From an uncultured Bacilli bacterium (GTDB lineage: Bacteria > Bacillota_I > Bacilli_A > RF39 > UBA660), in the NCBI GenBank assembly GCA_934096175.1, contig CAKOLG010000003.1:1-64000 (forward strand): a DNA stretch of 64,000 bases. Reading direction: 5' to 3'. Numbering within the stretch: position 1 is the first letter of the stretch; the number at the start of each line of letters is the position of its first letter. A model generated the notes under the pieces. It saw nothing but the letters and a program-made list of their open reading frames with translations, ran no database searches and was not told the origin of the DNA. Made by a program: the position numbers and the translations under genes. Of the stretch, positions 19,373 to 28,096 are shown piece by piece.

Positions 19373-20659
19373 TTAGTTTCCAAATGTCATTAAAACATAT
19401 GCTATGCCAGAGGCGATTCCGCAAACAAAGGCTACAGTTGAAACAAGGATAGCTGCGTTAGCAAAACCGGCTTTACTATTTTTTTCATGTTCAACAATTA
19501 AATTTATTTTATCTTTTTTTGGTGGTTCTTCATTTAAAATATCACGATGATCCTTAGGATTGATTGGATATTTTTTTTGAATTAGATCTAATTTAGCAGT
19601 TACTCTAACATTAAGAGATTGGGTTGCCATAGTTCTTTCTACTTTATTAATTTTGTAATCTTTTTCAATTTCTATTTCTTTTTCAGCTTGATGGGAAGAT
19701 ATTGTGGCTAAGTTATTTAAGATTATAGTTTCTAGTTTTTTAGCATTTTCTATATCTGTATTATTATAAATAATTCTACTTATTGCATCTATATATAGTT
19801 TTTTAGCGTCATTTAATGAAGTTGTGACTTTTTTTATTTCATTAAAATATTTATCAAATAGTACTTTTAACATGATATTTCGATCAACAATTCGATTATT
19901 AATTAAATATTCATTATCACCAATTAATTGATCTTTATCTGTACTGTTTGAAACAGAAATTGGTCCTAAATATGAAGTTTGCCAAATAGGTTGACCGTTT
20001 GTATCTATACTACTTATTAGATAATAATCAAAGCCTCTATATTTTCGACCAATTAGAAAGTCAAATAGTATCATTCTTACATAGCTTTTAATTAATGATG
20101 ATTTAGACTTTTCAGGCATTTGTTGACCAGATTTAGCCTCAATGTCCATAATTAAGGCCAATATTCCTAAATCTATAATATTTCCAATTTGTTTTTCATC
20201 TGTAATTATATTGCCTTTGTGAGTATGTGGTAAACGTAAAGTTTCGCTAATTAATAAACTGTTTTCATTGTTTATTATTCCATTATTAATATATTCTATT
20301 ATGTGGTTTACAATAGTTGTTGCTGATGTACGAGTTTCAATATCTTTACTGTAATTTAGTCTTGTAAAAATGCCTACATTACCATCTTCATTAACAATTC
20401 TTCTACATTCCTCGTGATTAATATCGATAAGTTCAGCTATATCTGCTTTAATTATATCGAAATCATCTATATACATCGTATCTGGATTTATACTGTAATT
20501 TTTATAAACACCAAAAACTGTTTTATTTAATTGAACTAATTTTGAACCATCACTAAAGTTATTTAAAATATCGATAGTAACTGGTTCTTCTTTGCGGATA
20601 CCATTATCTAGGGATACAATATAATATTCATTTAAATCTAATGTTTCTATTTTATCCAT
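19373..20659 (-). CDS. HipA-like (PI3/4-kinase fold) protein with a degenerate catalytic loop and a C-terminal TM tail anchor. Putative pseudokinase.
   Basis: LFDFLIGRKYRGFDYY aligns to the HipA motif fNvLIGNtDDHaRNfs with catalytic residues replaced; C-terminal hydrophobic helix; AAGGAG RBS. Confidence 0.4.
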   Translation of the reverse strand: MDKIETLDLNEYYIVSLDNGIRKEEPVTIDILNNFSDGSKLVQLNKTVFGVYKNYSINPDTMYIDDFDIIKADIAELIDINHEECRRIVNEDGNVGIFTRLNYSKDIETRTSATTIVNHIIEYINNGIINNENSLLISETLRLPHTHKGNIITDEKQIGNIIDLGILALIMDIEAKSGQQMPEKSKSSLIKSYVRMILFDFLIGRKYRGFDYYLISSIDTNGQPIWQTSYLGPISVSNSTDKDQLIGDNEYLINNRIVDRNIMLKVLFDKYFNEIKKVTTSLNDAKKLYIDAISRIIYNNTDIENAKKLETIILNNLATISSHQAEKEIEIEKDYKINKVERTMATQSLNVRVTAKLDLIQKKYPINPKDHRDILNEEPPKKDKINLIVEHEKNSKAGFANAAILVSTVAFVCGIASGIAYVLMTFGN

Positions 20660-20802
20660 AATAACTGCTCCTTATTGTTTATATATAAAATTATAACAAA
20701 GAATTCATGTTTTGGGTATAAAAATATTGTATTTTAAGATAATTATTAATTAAAAAAGTTTTTTTATATAAAAAAAGACCTATAGGGCCTTTAAATATCT
20801 TT

Positions 20803-20897
20803 TGGTGCCGAGAGACTGAGTTAAACAAGTCACCTTATGCAAACAAAGCATCCGTTCTAACGTTACAACTATCTCGGCATATATATGCTTTTTTTCA
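20803..20897 (+). other. Candidate structured small RNA or element: an 8-bp closing helix (TGCCGAGA..TCTCGGCA) enclosing small hairpins, ending in the terminator GCATATATATGC + T7.
   Basis: Base-pairing read from the sequence; no match to a known RNA family recognised. Confidence 0.2.
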
Positions 20898-21009
20898 AGC
20901 ATATTTATATTATAACACATTATAAAAAAATTAGTATTTTTTTATGTTTTTATTTTGCTATTTAACAATATATTGCATATATGATGTAATTTTTTGGAAA
21001 ATTATTTAA

Positions 21010-21579
21010 TTAGTCTGCTTTTATATTATGTTTTCTTATTATCATTTCTGGTTTACCCATAGTTAGTTCATCAGAAACTTTTATGCCTAACGAATTAATG
21101 AATGTTTGAATTTCATGTTTTATTTGTTTGACATCAACATCCGCATTAGTGCAATACTCTACTTCCATGAAATGACCAAGTTCTTCTACATCCTCAAAAG
21201 ATATTTCATAGTCATTATATTTATATATACTTTTTTTATTATGAATTGTTAACAGTTGCTTTAATCCTAATTTTTCTAAGATTATTTTTGTAGTATCTAT
21301 ATCAGCAATTTTAGTTTCATATTCATCAGAGTATAACCACTTGTTATTTTCATCAAAATGATCAACTTTATAAGTTATATAACTATTATTGTTTTTATTT
21401 CGTAGTCTTAAACATTCATTAATTTCCATTTTTTTATCAGGTTTCAAGTTAGGTCTTTTGGGATCATAATAATATATATCGCAAGTTTCATGGACCCCAA
21501 TATATTCAAATTTTTTTAATTTTTCGATTACTTCTTCGGGAGACGAATATACTTCGACTAATATTTCTATTTCTTTCAT
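21010..21579 (-). CDS. CYTH-domain-like protein (class IV adenylate cyclase / triphosphate tunnel family).
   Basis: N-terminal EIEI..E motif and ~190-aa size; AGAGG RBS. Confidence 0.4.
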   Translation of the reverse strand: MKEIEILVEVYSSPEEVIEKLKKFEYIGVHETCDIYYYDPKRPNLKPDKKMEINECLRLRNKNNNSYITYKVDHFDENNKWLYSDEYETKIADIDTTKIILEKLGLKQLLTIHNKKSIYKYNDYEISFEDVEELGHFMEVEYCTNADVDVKQIKHEIQTFINSLGIKVSDELTMGKPEMIIRKHNIKAD

Positions 21580-21677
21580 ATAAACCTCTTTCTTTAGTGT
21601 TTATTTAAAAATAATAATAGCAAAATTAAAATTATCTAATAATTTACAAAACTATGCTATAAATGTATAAGTGTTAA

Positions 21678-22424
21678 TTACATTGTTTTACCAGTCAATA
21701 ATTGTTCCATTCTTTTTCCAACATATTCATACATGCTTTCAAATTGTGTATCCGGTTTTCCGTGATTTACGCCACATAAGACTGTTTTAAGTAAAATATC
21801 TCTTAAAATACCTTTTGCTTTTGAGTATATATCTAATGTATCTATTTTTTTCTTCTCTTTAATAAATATGTTTTCAATTTCCTGTCGCTGTTTAGAATCA
21901 CCTGTCATATTAGAAACGAAATCAAAAGTCTTAGGATCTAAAACATCTTGTAATTTTTCACCTATTTTCAGATATTTTCTATCGATAATACAAATGAGTT
22001 GTATATATTTTCGATTTAATTGGTTTAATTTTTGATGAATATTATCATCAAGATAAACTACACCTGTTCTTGTTAATGAGCCATTAACTATTTCGTATTT
22101 AGGTAAAAAATCTATTACTTCAAAAGAATTTAACATATCTTTAGGTGACGCTAAAACATATAAGACATTTTGAGCAATTGTTTTTTTGCTTTCATCAAGG
22201 TTAGGATATATATTTAGAATTTCATCAATAATTTGTGTTCTTAAATTTTGTATTGAACTCTTTTGTTCAACAATAATGAGTTCATCAAATCTTTTTCTCA
22301 CTAACTCTGCGCTATAAATTGCTTGACAAATCTTTTTTTCTTCAGCCGTTAGATTTTTATCTTCAGCAATTTCTTTTATCTCATTTGTTATTTCATATTC
22401 GCTCATAGTACCATTATTCGCCAA
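21678..22424 (-). CDS. Hypothetical cytoplasmic protein.
   Basis: ORF; start tentatively placed at TTG behind AGGAG (the track's ATG overlaps the SD). Confidence 0.5.
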   Translation of the reverse strand: MANNGTMSEYEITNEIKEIAEDKNLTAEEKKICQAIYSAELVRKRFDELIIVEQKSSIQNLRTQIIDEILNIYPNLDESKKTIAQNVLYVLASPKDMLNSFEVIDFLPKYEIVNGSLTRTGVVYLDDNIHQKLNQLNRKYIQLICIIDRKYLKIGEKLQDVLDPKTFDFVSNMTGDSKQRQEIENIFIKEKKKIDTLDIYSKAKGILRDILLKTVLCGVNHGKPDTQFESMYEYVGKRMEQLLTGKTM

Positions 22425-22625
22425 TATTATCACTCCTAGCATTACATCAAAATCGTATCATAGTATTTTTTTATTTTCTAGTACTTTATAGTTTATTATT
22501 TTTAATTTTACATTTATTTTGTTAGAAATAATTTTTTTCAATATTTTGATTCATATGCCAAATGATATATTATTGCAAGGATGTTTTTAAATTTTCTTTT
22601 TCCATAAAACTTCTTTTTTTATAAC

Positions 22626-22654
22626 AACAAAAAAACTAGATGGTATTTCTAGTT
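22626..22654 (-). terminator. Terminator hairpin AACTAGA..TCTAGTT + T-run, downstream of tRNA-Thr.
   Basis: 7-bp stem with a T-run on the minus strand. Confidence 0.5.
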
Positions 22655-22696
22655 AATATTTATTACTACTCTAAGCATTCGAGTTTCTTATCAATC

Positions 22697-22772
22697 TGGT
22701 GCCAGCAAGAGGAATTGAACCCCCAACCTTCTGATTACGATTCAGCTGCTCTACCTATTGAGCTATACCGGC
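22697..22772 (-). tRNA. tRNA-Thr (anticodon CGU) with an encoded CCA end.
   Basis: Cloverleaf folded by eye: acceptor GCCGGTA, D-arm GCTC..GAGC, anticodon loop ATCGTAA, GTTCAATTC T-loop and a CCA end. Confidence 0.8.
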
Positions 22773-22855
22773 TTACAGTTATTATATTACAAGTTAAATA
22801 ATATTTAAAGCTTTTTTAAGCTGTAATAATAGATTGGTAAAAATTTGAAATACTT

Positions 22856-24646
22856 TTAGGATTTATTATTTTCTATTTCTGCTTCATTTAAAATAATATT
22901 TTCTTCTAGTTGTTTATGTGAACTAGAGTAATTATTAGTTTGCAAATCAATATAATAAGCATTATTTTTCATAAGTTCTTCATGAGAACCTTCGCCAACA
23001 ATCTTTCCTTTGCTTAAAACAATAATTTTATCTGCTATTTTCATTACATCTTTTTTATGAGTTATAATAATAATTGTATGATCTAATTTTAAATTTTCAA
23101 AAATAGTTTTAATTTTTTCAACCAATATTGTATCTAAAGAACTGGTTACTTCATCAAATATTAAAATTTCAGCTTTAGATAATAAAGTTCTAGCAATTGC
23201 CAGTAATTGTTTTTGTCCGCCAGAAAAATTGGTAGCATTTTCAGTCAATATTGTATTATACCCTTTCGGTAAACTCATAATATAGTCATGGATGCCAACT
23301 CTTTTGCAGGCTTCAATTTGATTTTCTATATTAGAATCAATTAAGCTTAAATTTTTGCGAATACTCATATTAAATATGAAGGGTGATTGGTTAACACCAA
23401 CTACATTTGTAGAATAAACTTTGTTTGAATAATCGTATATATTATCGTTGTCAATTAATATTTCACCACTATCAATTTTATACTTTCTTAATATTAGGTT
23501 GGTGATTGTAGTTTTTCCGCTGCCGCTATGTCCTACTAATGCAGTAATTTGATTAGGTTTAGCAATAAAATTTATATTTTCTAAATTACCTTTATTTTTA
23601 GATTTATAGGTAAAATTAACATTTTTAAATTCTACTAAACCATTTATATAATCATTATCATTTAAACCAAATGTAATTTGTTGTTTGCTTGAATAGTTTA
23701 GTATTTTATTGATTCTAGATATTGAGATTGACCATTCTCTAAGTTGTCTAGAATATCCCATTAGTTCTTTGGTATTGGTCATAATATTTTCAAAATAAGT
23801 AATTAATAAAACAAGTATATTTACTTCGTATTTTCCAATAAATACGAAGTAAACTAAAATTAAATATAAAATTATTTTACCAAAATCAATAATAAATGGT
23901 AACAAACTCATTCTAATATTTACATATTTTCTTTTTAACATATATTGTTCTGACCATTTGTTGGCAATTATATAAAAATTACTTTTTATTTTATTATAAA
24001 TATTAAATACTTTGATTTCGCCAAGACCATTTAAAATTTGAGAAAGGTTGTCAGTCAATTTATCACGATATTTTTGTTGACCACGTAAATATTTAGTACT
24101 TTTAATGTTAGTATAGTCAAATGATTTTAAATAAATATATTCTAGAAGTAATACTATCATACCAATAAATAAGTTGGTTTTTAGGAATATAATAATCATT
24201 ATAATAACTTTGATAAAAACTACAATAATTTCACATACGTTATCAATCATTTCTGATAAATTTGATGTATCTGTATTTACAGTATTTAAAATTGTACCTT
24301 TAGAAATTTTGTCAGAGTATTCAACATCATATGTAAAAACTTTATCAATAATTTTTTCGCGTAGATTTTTATAACTATATTTAAAATTATGTGAGTATGA
24401 GACATAGTTTAAGTACCAAAATAGATTATTAATAATAAATGTTATAGATAATAAACCAATGTTTATGTATGTCGCTTTAGCATTTAAATTTGTAACTTCA
24501 TAAATAATATTTGAAGCAAAAACAGGTATTAATAAACTTGATAAATGAGCCATTATAGAGCCAAGAAATAGAAAAAATATCCATTTTTTATTTCCTTTAA
24601 CTAATTTGAAAAAATCTTTTATTATTTTTATATTGTCTTTTATCAT
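22856..24646 (-). CDS. ABC exporter with fused permease and ATPase (MsbA/LmrA type).
   Basis: Six-TM N-terminal half; GHSGSGKTT, LSGGQKQ and ILIFDEVTSSLD motifs. Confidence 0.85.
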   Translation of the reverse strand: MIKDNIKIIKDFFKLVKGNKKWIFFLFLGSIMAHLSSLLIPVFASNIIYEVTNLNAKATYINIGLLSITFIINNLFWYLNYVSYSHNFKYSYKNLREKIIDKVFTYDVEYSDKISKGTILNTVNTDTSNLSEMIDNVCEIIVVFIKVIIMIIIFLKTNLFIGMIVLLLEYIYLKSFDYTNIKSTKYLRGQQKYRDKLTDNLSQILNGLGEIKVFNIYNKIKSNFYIIANKWSEQYMLKRKYVNIRMSLLPFIIDFGKIILYLILVYFVFIGKYEVNILVLLITYFENIMTNTKELMGYSRQLREWSISISRINKILNYSSKQQITFGLNDNDYINGLVEFKNVNFTYKSKNKGNLENINFIAKPNQITALVGHSGSGKTTITNLILRKYKIDSGEILIDNDNIYDYSNKVYSTNVVGVNQSPFIFNMSIRKNLSLIDSNIENQIEACKRVGIHDYIMSLPKGYNTILTENATNFSGGQKQLLAIARTLLSKAEILIFDEVTSSLDTILVEKIKTIFENLKLDHTIIIITHKKDVMKIADKIIVLSKGKIVGEGSHEELMKNNAYYIDLQTNNYSSSHKQLEENIILNEAEIENNKS

Positions 24647-24749
24647 GTTACCACATCCTAGTTGATTATATCACATTTTTATTAAGAACTAAGTATATTG
24701 CACATCTATTAAATTGATAGATATATTTATTTAGATATTATTTATTAAA

Positions 24750-24790
24750 AAAATAAGACCACTTTCAGATTATGTGAAAGTGGTTTTTAT
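24750..24790. terminator. Bidirectional terminator hairpin (GACCACTTTC..GAAAGTGGT), followed by a sequence similar to the tmRNA 3' trailer.
   Basis: Hairpin flanked by A-runs and T-runs. Confidence 0.5.
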
Positions 24791-24966
24791 ATTATCTTGA
24801 AAGATTTAGTACTATTTAATATAATGACTTTTTAAAAAAACTAAAATTGTTAATAATAACTATTGAATTACATAAATTAAAAATATTATGTTGTTGTCTT
24901 AAATATTTCATTAATGCATTAGTTGTTTTTACTTTCATAGGTATATTTTTTTCTTATTTAAAATAA

Positions 24967-25914
24967 CTAATTTTTAACAGTTTGTATCAAAACCTTCTTT
25001 TGGGGTATAAATTCTAATTTTCGTTGTTGTGGTCTTAACTCTCGCATTTGTTTACAGAATTGAATTTCATCCCATATTCTATCAGTTGTTTCTTTATCAC
25101 TATAAAATTTTAATAGTATTTCATAGGAGTATTCATATAAATCATTTTTTTCAAGTTGGGATACAAGGGTACCTTTAAAGTTTGCTGGATCATTAATGAT
25201 TTCCCATTCCCATTGTTCTAAATATTTTTCATATGTTTCATCATCACACCAAAAAGCCATAATCAATTTTTGTTTCTCATCCAAAGACCAATTTGGATTT
25301 CTTAAGATGTAATATCTAATATCAAATTCTCCTATTCCATGTGCTTGTGTTTGATTTAATGTAGAAAACATGTAGCTCATACATTGTGATCCTGATTTTT
25401 GAACAATTGGATTTATACATCCATCAATATTAATAAAAGTGGTATCATTATCACTTATACCCATTTCATCTAATTTTTTTGAAAATTCGGTTTCACTTTG
25501 TTGCCAACGAGTAGTGCCAATTTTATTCATTGCTTCATTTACAGCAAAATTTTTTTGTTCTTCTGTTAATTTTAAATTGTGATTCCATAAGCTCATTAAT
25601 AAAAATGAATAACCACCATTTGAAGCACCATCTACAACTATTCTTGCGACATCTATATTATGATAAATAGAATTGATTAAGTTATTATATGCAACTTCAT
25701 CTACAGAACTATAATCTATTAACATAGAATCACATATAGCTAAACCTTTAACCATATCATGTTCAGTTAATTTATCTCTTTTAACTCGCACTGCTTCTCT
25801 TAAAACTTCTGAATTGCTTTTTATTCTAGACCATATTTCATTATAATCACCAACTCTTGGTATTCCATAAATAGATTTATATAAAGTATCATCTATTTTT
25901 TCTATATCAATCAT
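24967..25914 (-). CDS. Hypothetical 315-aa cytoplasmic protein.
   Basis: ORF only; no family recognised. Confidence 0.55.
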   Translation of the reverse strand: MIDIEKIDDTLYKSIYGIPRVGDYNEIWSRIKSNSEVLREAVRVKRDKLTEHDMVKGLAICDSMLIDYSSVDEVAYNNLINSIYHNIDVARIVVDGASNGGYSFLLMSLWNHNLKLTEEQKNFAVNEAMNKIGTTRWQQSETEFSKKLDEMGISDNDTTFINIDGCINPIVQKSGSQCMSYMFSTLNQTQAHGIGEFDIRYYILRNPNWSLDEKQKLIMAFWCDDETYEKYLEQWEWEIINDPANFKGTLVSQLEKNDLYEYSYEILLKFYSDKETTDRIWDEIQFCKQMRELRPQQRKLEFIPQKKVLIQTVKN

Positions 25915-26060
25915 ATTTGTACCTCCTTTTGTTAATTGTTTATTATAACATACTTTTGTTAAATATTTACATTTTATAGTAAATATTTTTAGGAGTTAAA
26001 AGGTAGGTTCTTTTACAAACGTTAATTGATTATGCCAATTTGCAAGTGTGTTTCCGAATA

Positions 26061-26106
26061 AAAAAAATAAAACTACTTTCAATTTAATTTGAGAGTAGTT
26101 TTTATA
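26061..26106. terminator. Terminator hairpin (AAACTACTTTC..GAGAGTAGTTT) 3' of tmRNA.
   Basis: Hairpin flanked by A-runs and T-runs. Confidence 0.5.
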
Positions 26107-26138
26107 TTATCTCGAAAAGTTCGAGTTTACTATCAATC

Positions 26139-26498
26139 TGGTGGAGTAGAGGGGAATTGAACCCCTGTCCAAACTATTTTAAGATACAACGTCTACAAGT
26201 TTAGTTAGATTTTTAATTTCATTAAGCTATTGGCTATAACGTACCTTACACTTAACTATCCTAATAAATATTCATCATTATATATTAGGAAATATAATGA
26301 TATAACTTATATATATTAACCCTTAAATACCCTATAAGTGAAAATAAGTAAGAGTGCTCCTATACCTTATATTAGGCTGCTACAAAAGCAGGAGCGAAAC
26401 TATAAGCAGTTTCGTCATTTAATTTTAAATTTGAATTTTAGGTATTCCTACCACTTGCAGTCATATTTAAATATAATCTGTCGAAACCAATCTACCCC
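26139..26498 (-). ncRNA. ssrA: tmRNA (SsrA), about 360 nt.
   Basis: 5' end GGGGUAGAUUGGUUUCGACAG and 3' tRNA-like end GGACAGGGGUUCAAUUCCCCUCUACUCCACCA. The internal tag ORF ...NDETAYSFAPAFVAA is followed by UAA. Confidence 0.85.
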
Positions 26499-26508
26499 AT
26501 GTGCCATG

Positions 26509-26537
26509 ATTATAACAAATAATATTTTTTTTAGCAA
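26509..26537 (-). promoter_or_regulatory. Sigma-A-like promoter for ssrA (TTGCTA-17-TATAAT), about 10 nt upstream of the mature 5' end.
   Basis: Hexamers and spacing read from the sequence. Confidence 0.4.
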
Positions 26538-26625
26538 TTATATTAGCAAAAGTTGACATTTTCTTTGCCTTATGTTAGTCTAGACATCGTCGAAACGAAT
26601 TCTGTTTCATAGGGGGGATTTTTGT

Positions 26626-28077
26626 ATGATTAGTTTATATGAAAAGCTAAACGTAAGTGAGACTGCTTCTTTAAGTGAGATTACTTTACAATATAATAAA
26701 ATGCAACGACTTATTAAAGAAGCTATGGCAAATAATAATGATCCAGAAAGAAATGCACGTTTAGTTGCTGATTTAGAAGATTTAGATATGGCTTTCGAAA
26801 TTCTTTCTAATCCTATAGCTAGAAAAGAATATGATAAAAAATTGAAAGAAAGAAAAGCTCAAGAAATAGTAAATAAGCAATTGAAATTAGAAACTGGTGC
26901 CAATTCAACAAAAGGATATAGTGCATTTAGCGATAAAATGAGTGATGATGAAGAGTTAGCTAAAACAGGAGCTATCATTGTAGAAGAAAAAAGTGATAAG
27001 AAAAAAGGTGGAATTGCTAGAAGCATAATTGCTATTATAGTAGCTGGTGGAATTATTATTAATACCGCATTAATATTCTATCTTTTAAATAAATCAAATA
27101 AGAATAATTCTAGCCAAGATACTTCTATAACGAGTACTGTTGATTCTGAAAATAATATTGATGATGAAGATAATGAACCAGATAAAGTTGATGATTCGAT
27201 AAAAAGTTATGGAGATGCAACTGATGAAAAGGTTGTAAACGAAAAAGTAAAATCTATTTATGATTATCTTTTAAAATTACAAATTAAAAATACATATACT
27301 AATAATTATTATACGGAAGAAGAAATTAAAAATATTTTATTATATATGAATGGTGCTTTTATACCTAGTGATGAAGCAGAAGCTTATAGTCTTGTTGATA
27401 AACAAATTGCCTTAACTTGTGGATTATTATCAACACCACTTGCGATAAATATGGTTAATTATATGGCTAATAGTGATGTGATAACTGAAGATATGGTAAA
27501 ACAAGATATTGAAAATTATCCAACTACGAATATTGTAAAATTATTCTTATTGGGTGATAGTTATTGTTATCCTTATTTAGAGTGGTTTAATGAAAAATAT
27601 AATGCAATGATTACTACTACAGATAAAGAAGAGTTTAAAAGTATTCATCGAGAAATAGCGGCGAGTTTAGCTGATATATGTTATGGTGATGGTTATACAA
27701 TTGATGGTAACTGTTATAAATTAAATGATTTTGCTTCATTAGGTGATGTTAATGATGGTAATGTTTTAACAATGTTAGTCAATATGTTTTCTATATTCAA
27801 TGTAAATGATGTTCAACATACTTTTAAAGTAAAAAATAAAGTAGCAGGTGAATCTACTGTTGCACTAGAAGAAATATTAAGTAATTTTGATTCTGTTTGT
27901 GATATAGAAAATTTAGCGAAGTTGCAAATTAGTGATGAAGGTTTGTTAGTTGGTGAAGTAAATAATTATCATCAAAGATTACAAATTAATACAATTAATG
28001 CAGCACTAAGAAACTATATGCTAGGTAATTTAAATGCTTACGAAGATAGTTATAATTTATCTTTACAACATAAATAA
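26626..28077 (+). CDS. Membrane protein with an N-terminal J-domain-like module whose HPD motif is replaced by NDP. It continues with an acidic linker, a single TM and a ~280-aa extracytoplasmic domain.
   Basis: LYEKLNVSETASLSEI..Y.K...L...NNNDPERNA..F..L.....R..YD pattern; the TM is IIAIIVAGGIIINTALIFYLL; GGGGGG RBS. Confidence 0.6.
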   Translation: MISLYEKLNVSETASLSEITLQYNKMQRLIKEAMANNNDPERNARLVADLEDLDMAFEILSNPIARKEYDKKLKERKAQEIVNKQLKLETGANSTKGYSAFSDKMSDDEELAKTGAIIVEEKSDKKKGGIARSIIAIIVAGGIIINTALIFYLLNKSNKNNSSQDTSITSTVDSENNIDDEDNEPDKVDDSIKSYGDATDEKVVNEKVKSIYDYLLKLQIKNTYTNNYYTEEEIKNILLYMNGAFIPSDEAEAYSLVDKQIALTCGLLSTPLAINMVNYMANSDVITEDMVKQDIENYPTTNIVKLFLLGDSYCYPYLEWFNEKYNAMITTTDKEEFKSIHREIAASLADICYGDGYTIDGNCYKLNDFASLGDVNDGNVLTMLVNMFSIFNVNDVQHTFKVKNKVAGESTVALEEILSNFDSVCDIENLAKLQISDEGLLVGEVNNYHQRLQINTINAALRNYMLGNLNAYEDSYNLSLQHK

Positions 28078-28096
28078 TTTTTAAGGAGGGTTTTGT

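Noticed and set aside
20803-20897. SRP RNA (ffs) or 6S RNA identity for the structured element
   Set aside because: No domain-IV GGAA tetraloop or AGCAGC/GUCAGG internal-loop motifs, and the size is wrong for 6S. Kept only as an unclassified candidate.
24174-24374. Plus-strand 66-aa ORF
   Set aside because: Antisense within the ABC exporter.
26338-26556. Plus-strand 72-aa ORF
   Set aside because: Lies entirely inside the tmRNA (ssrA) gene.
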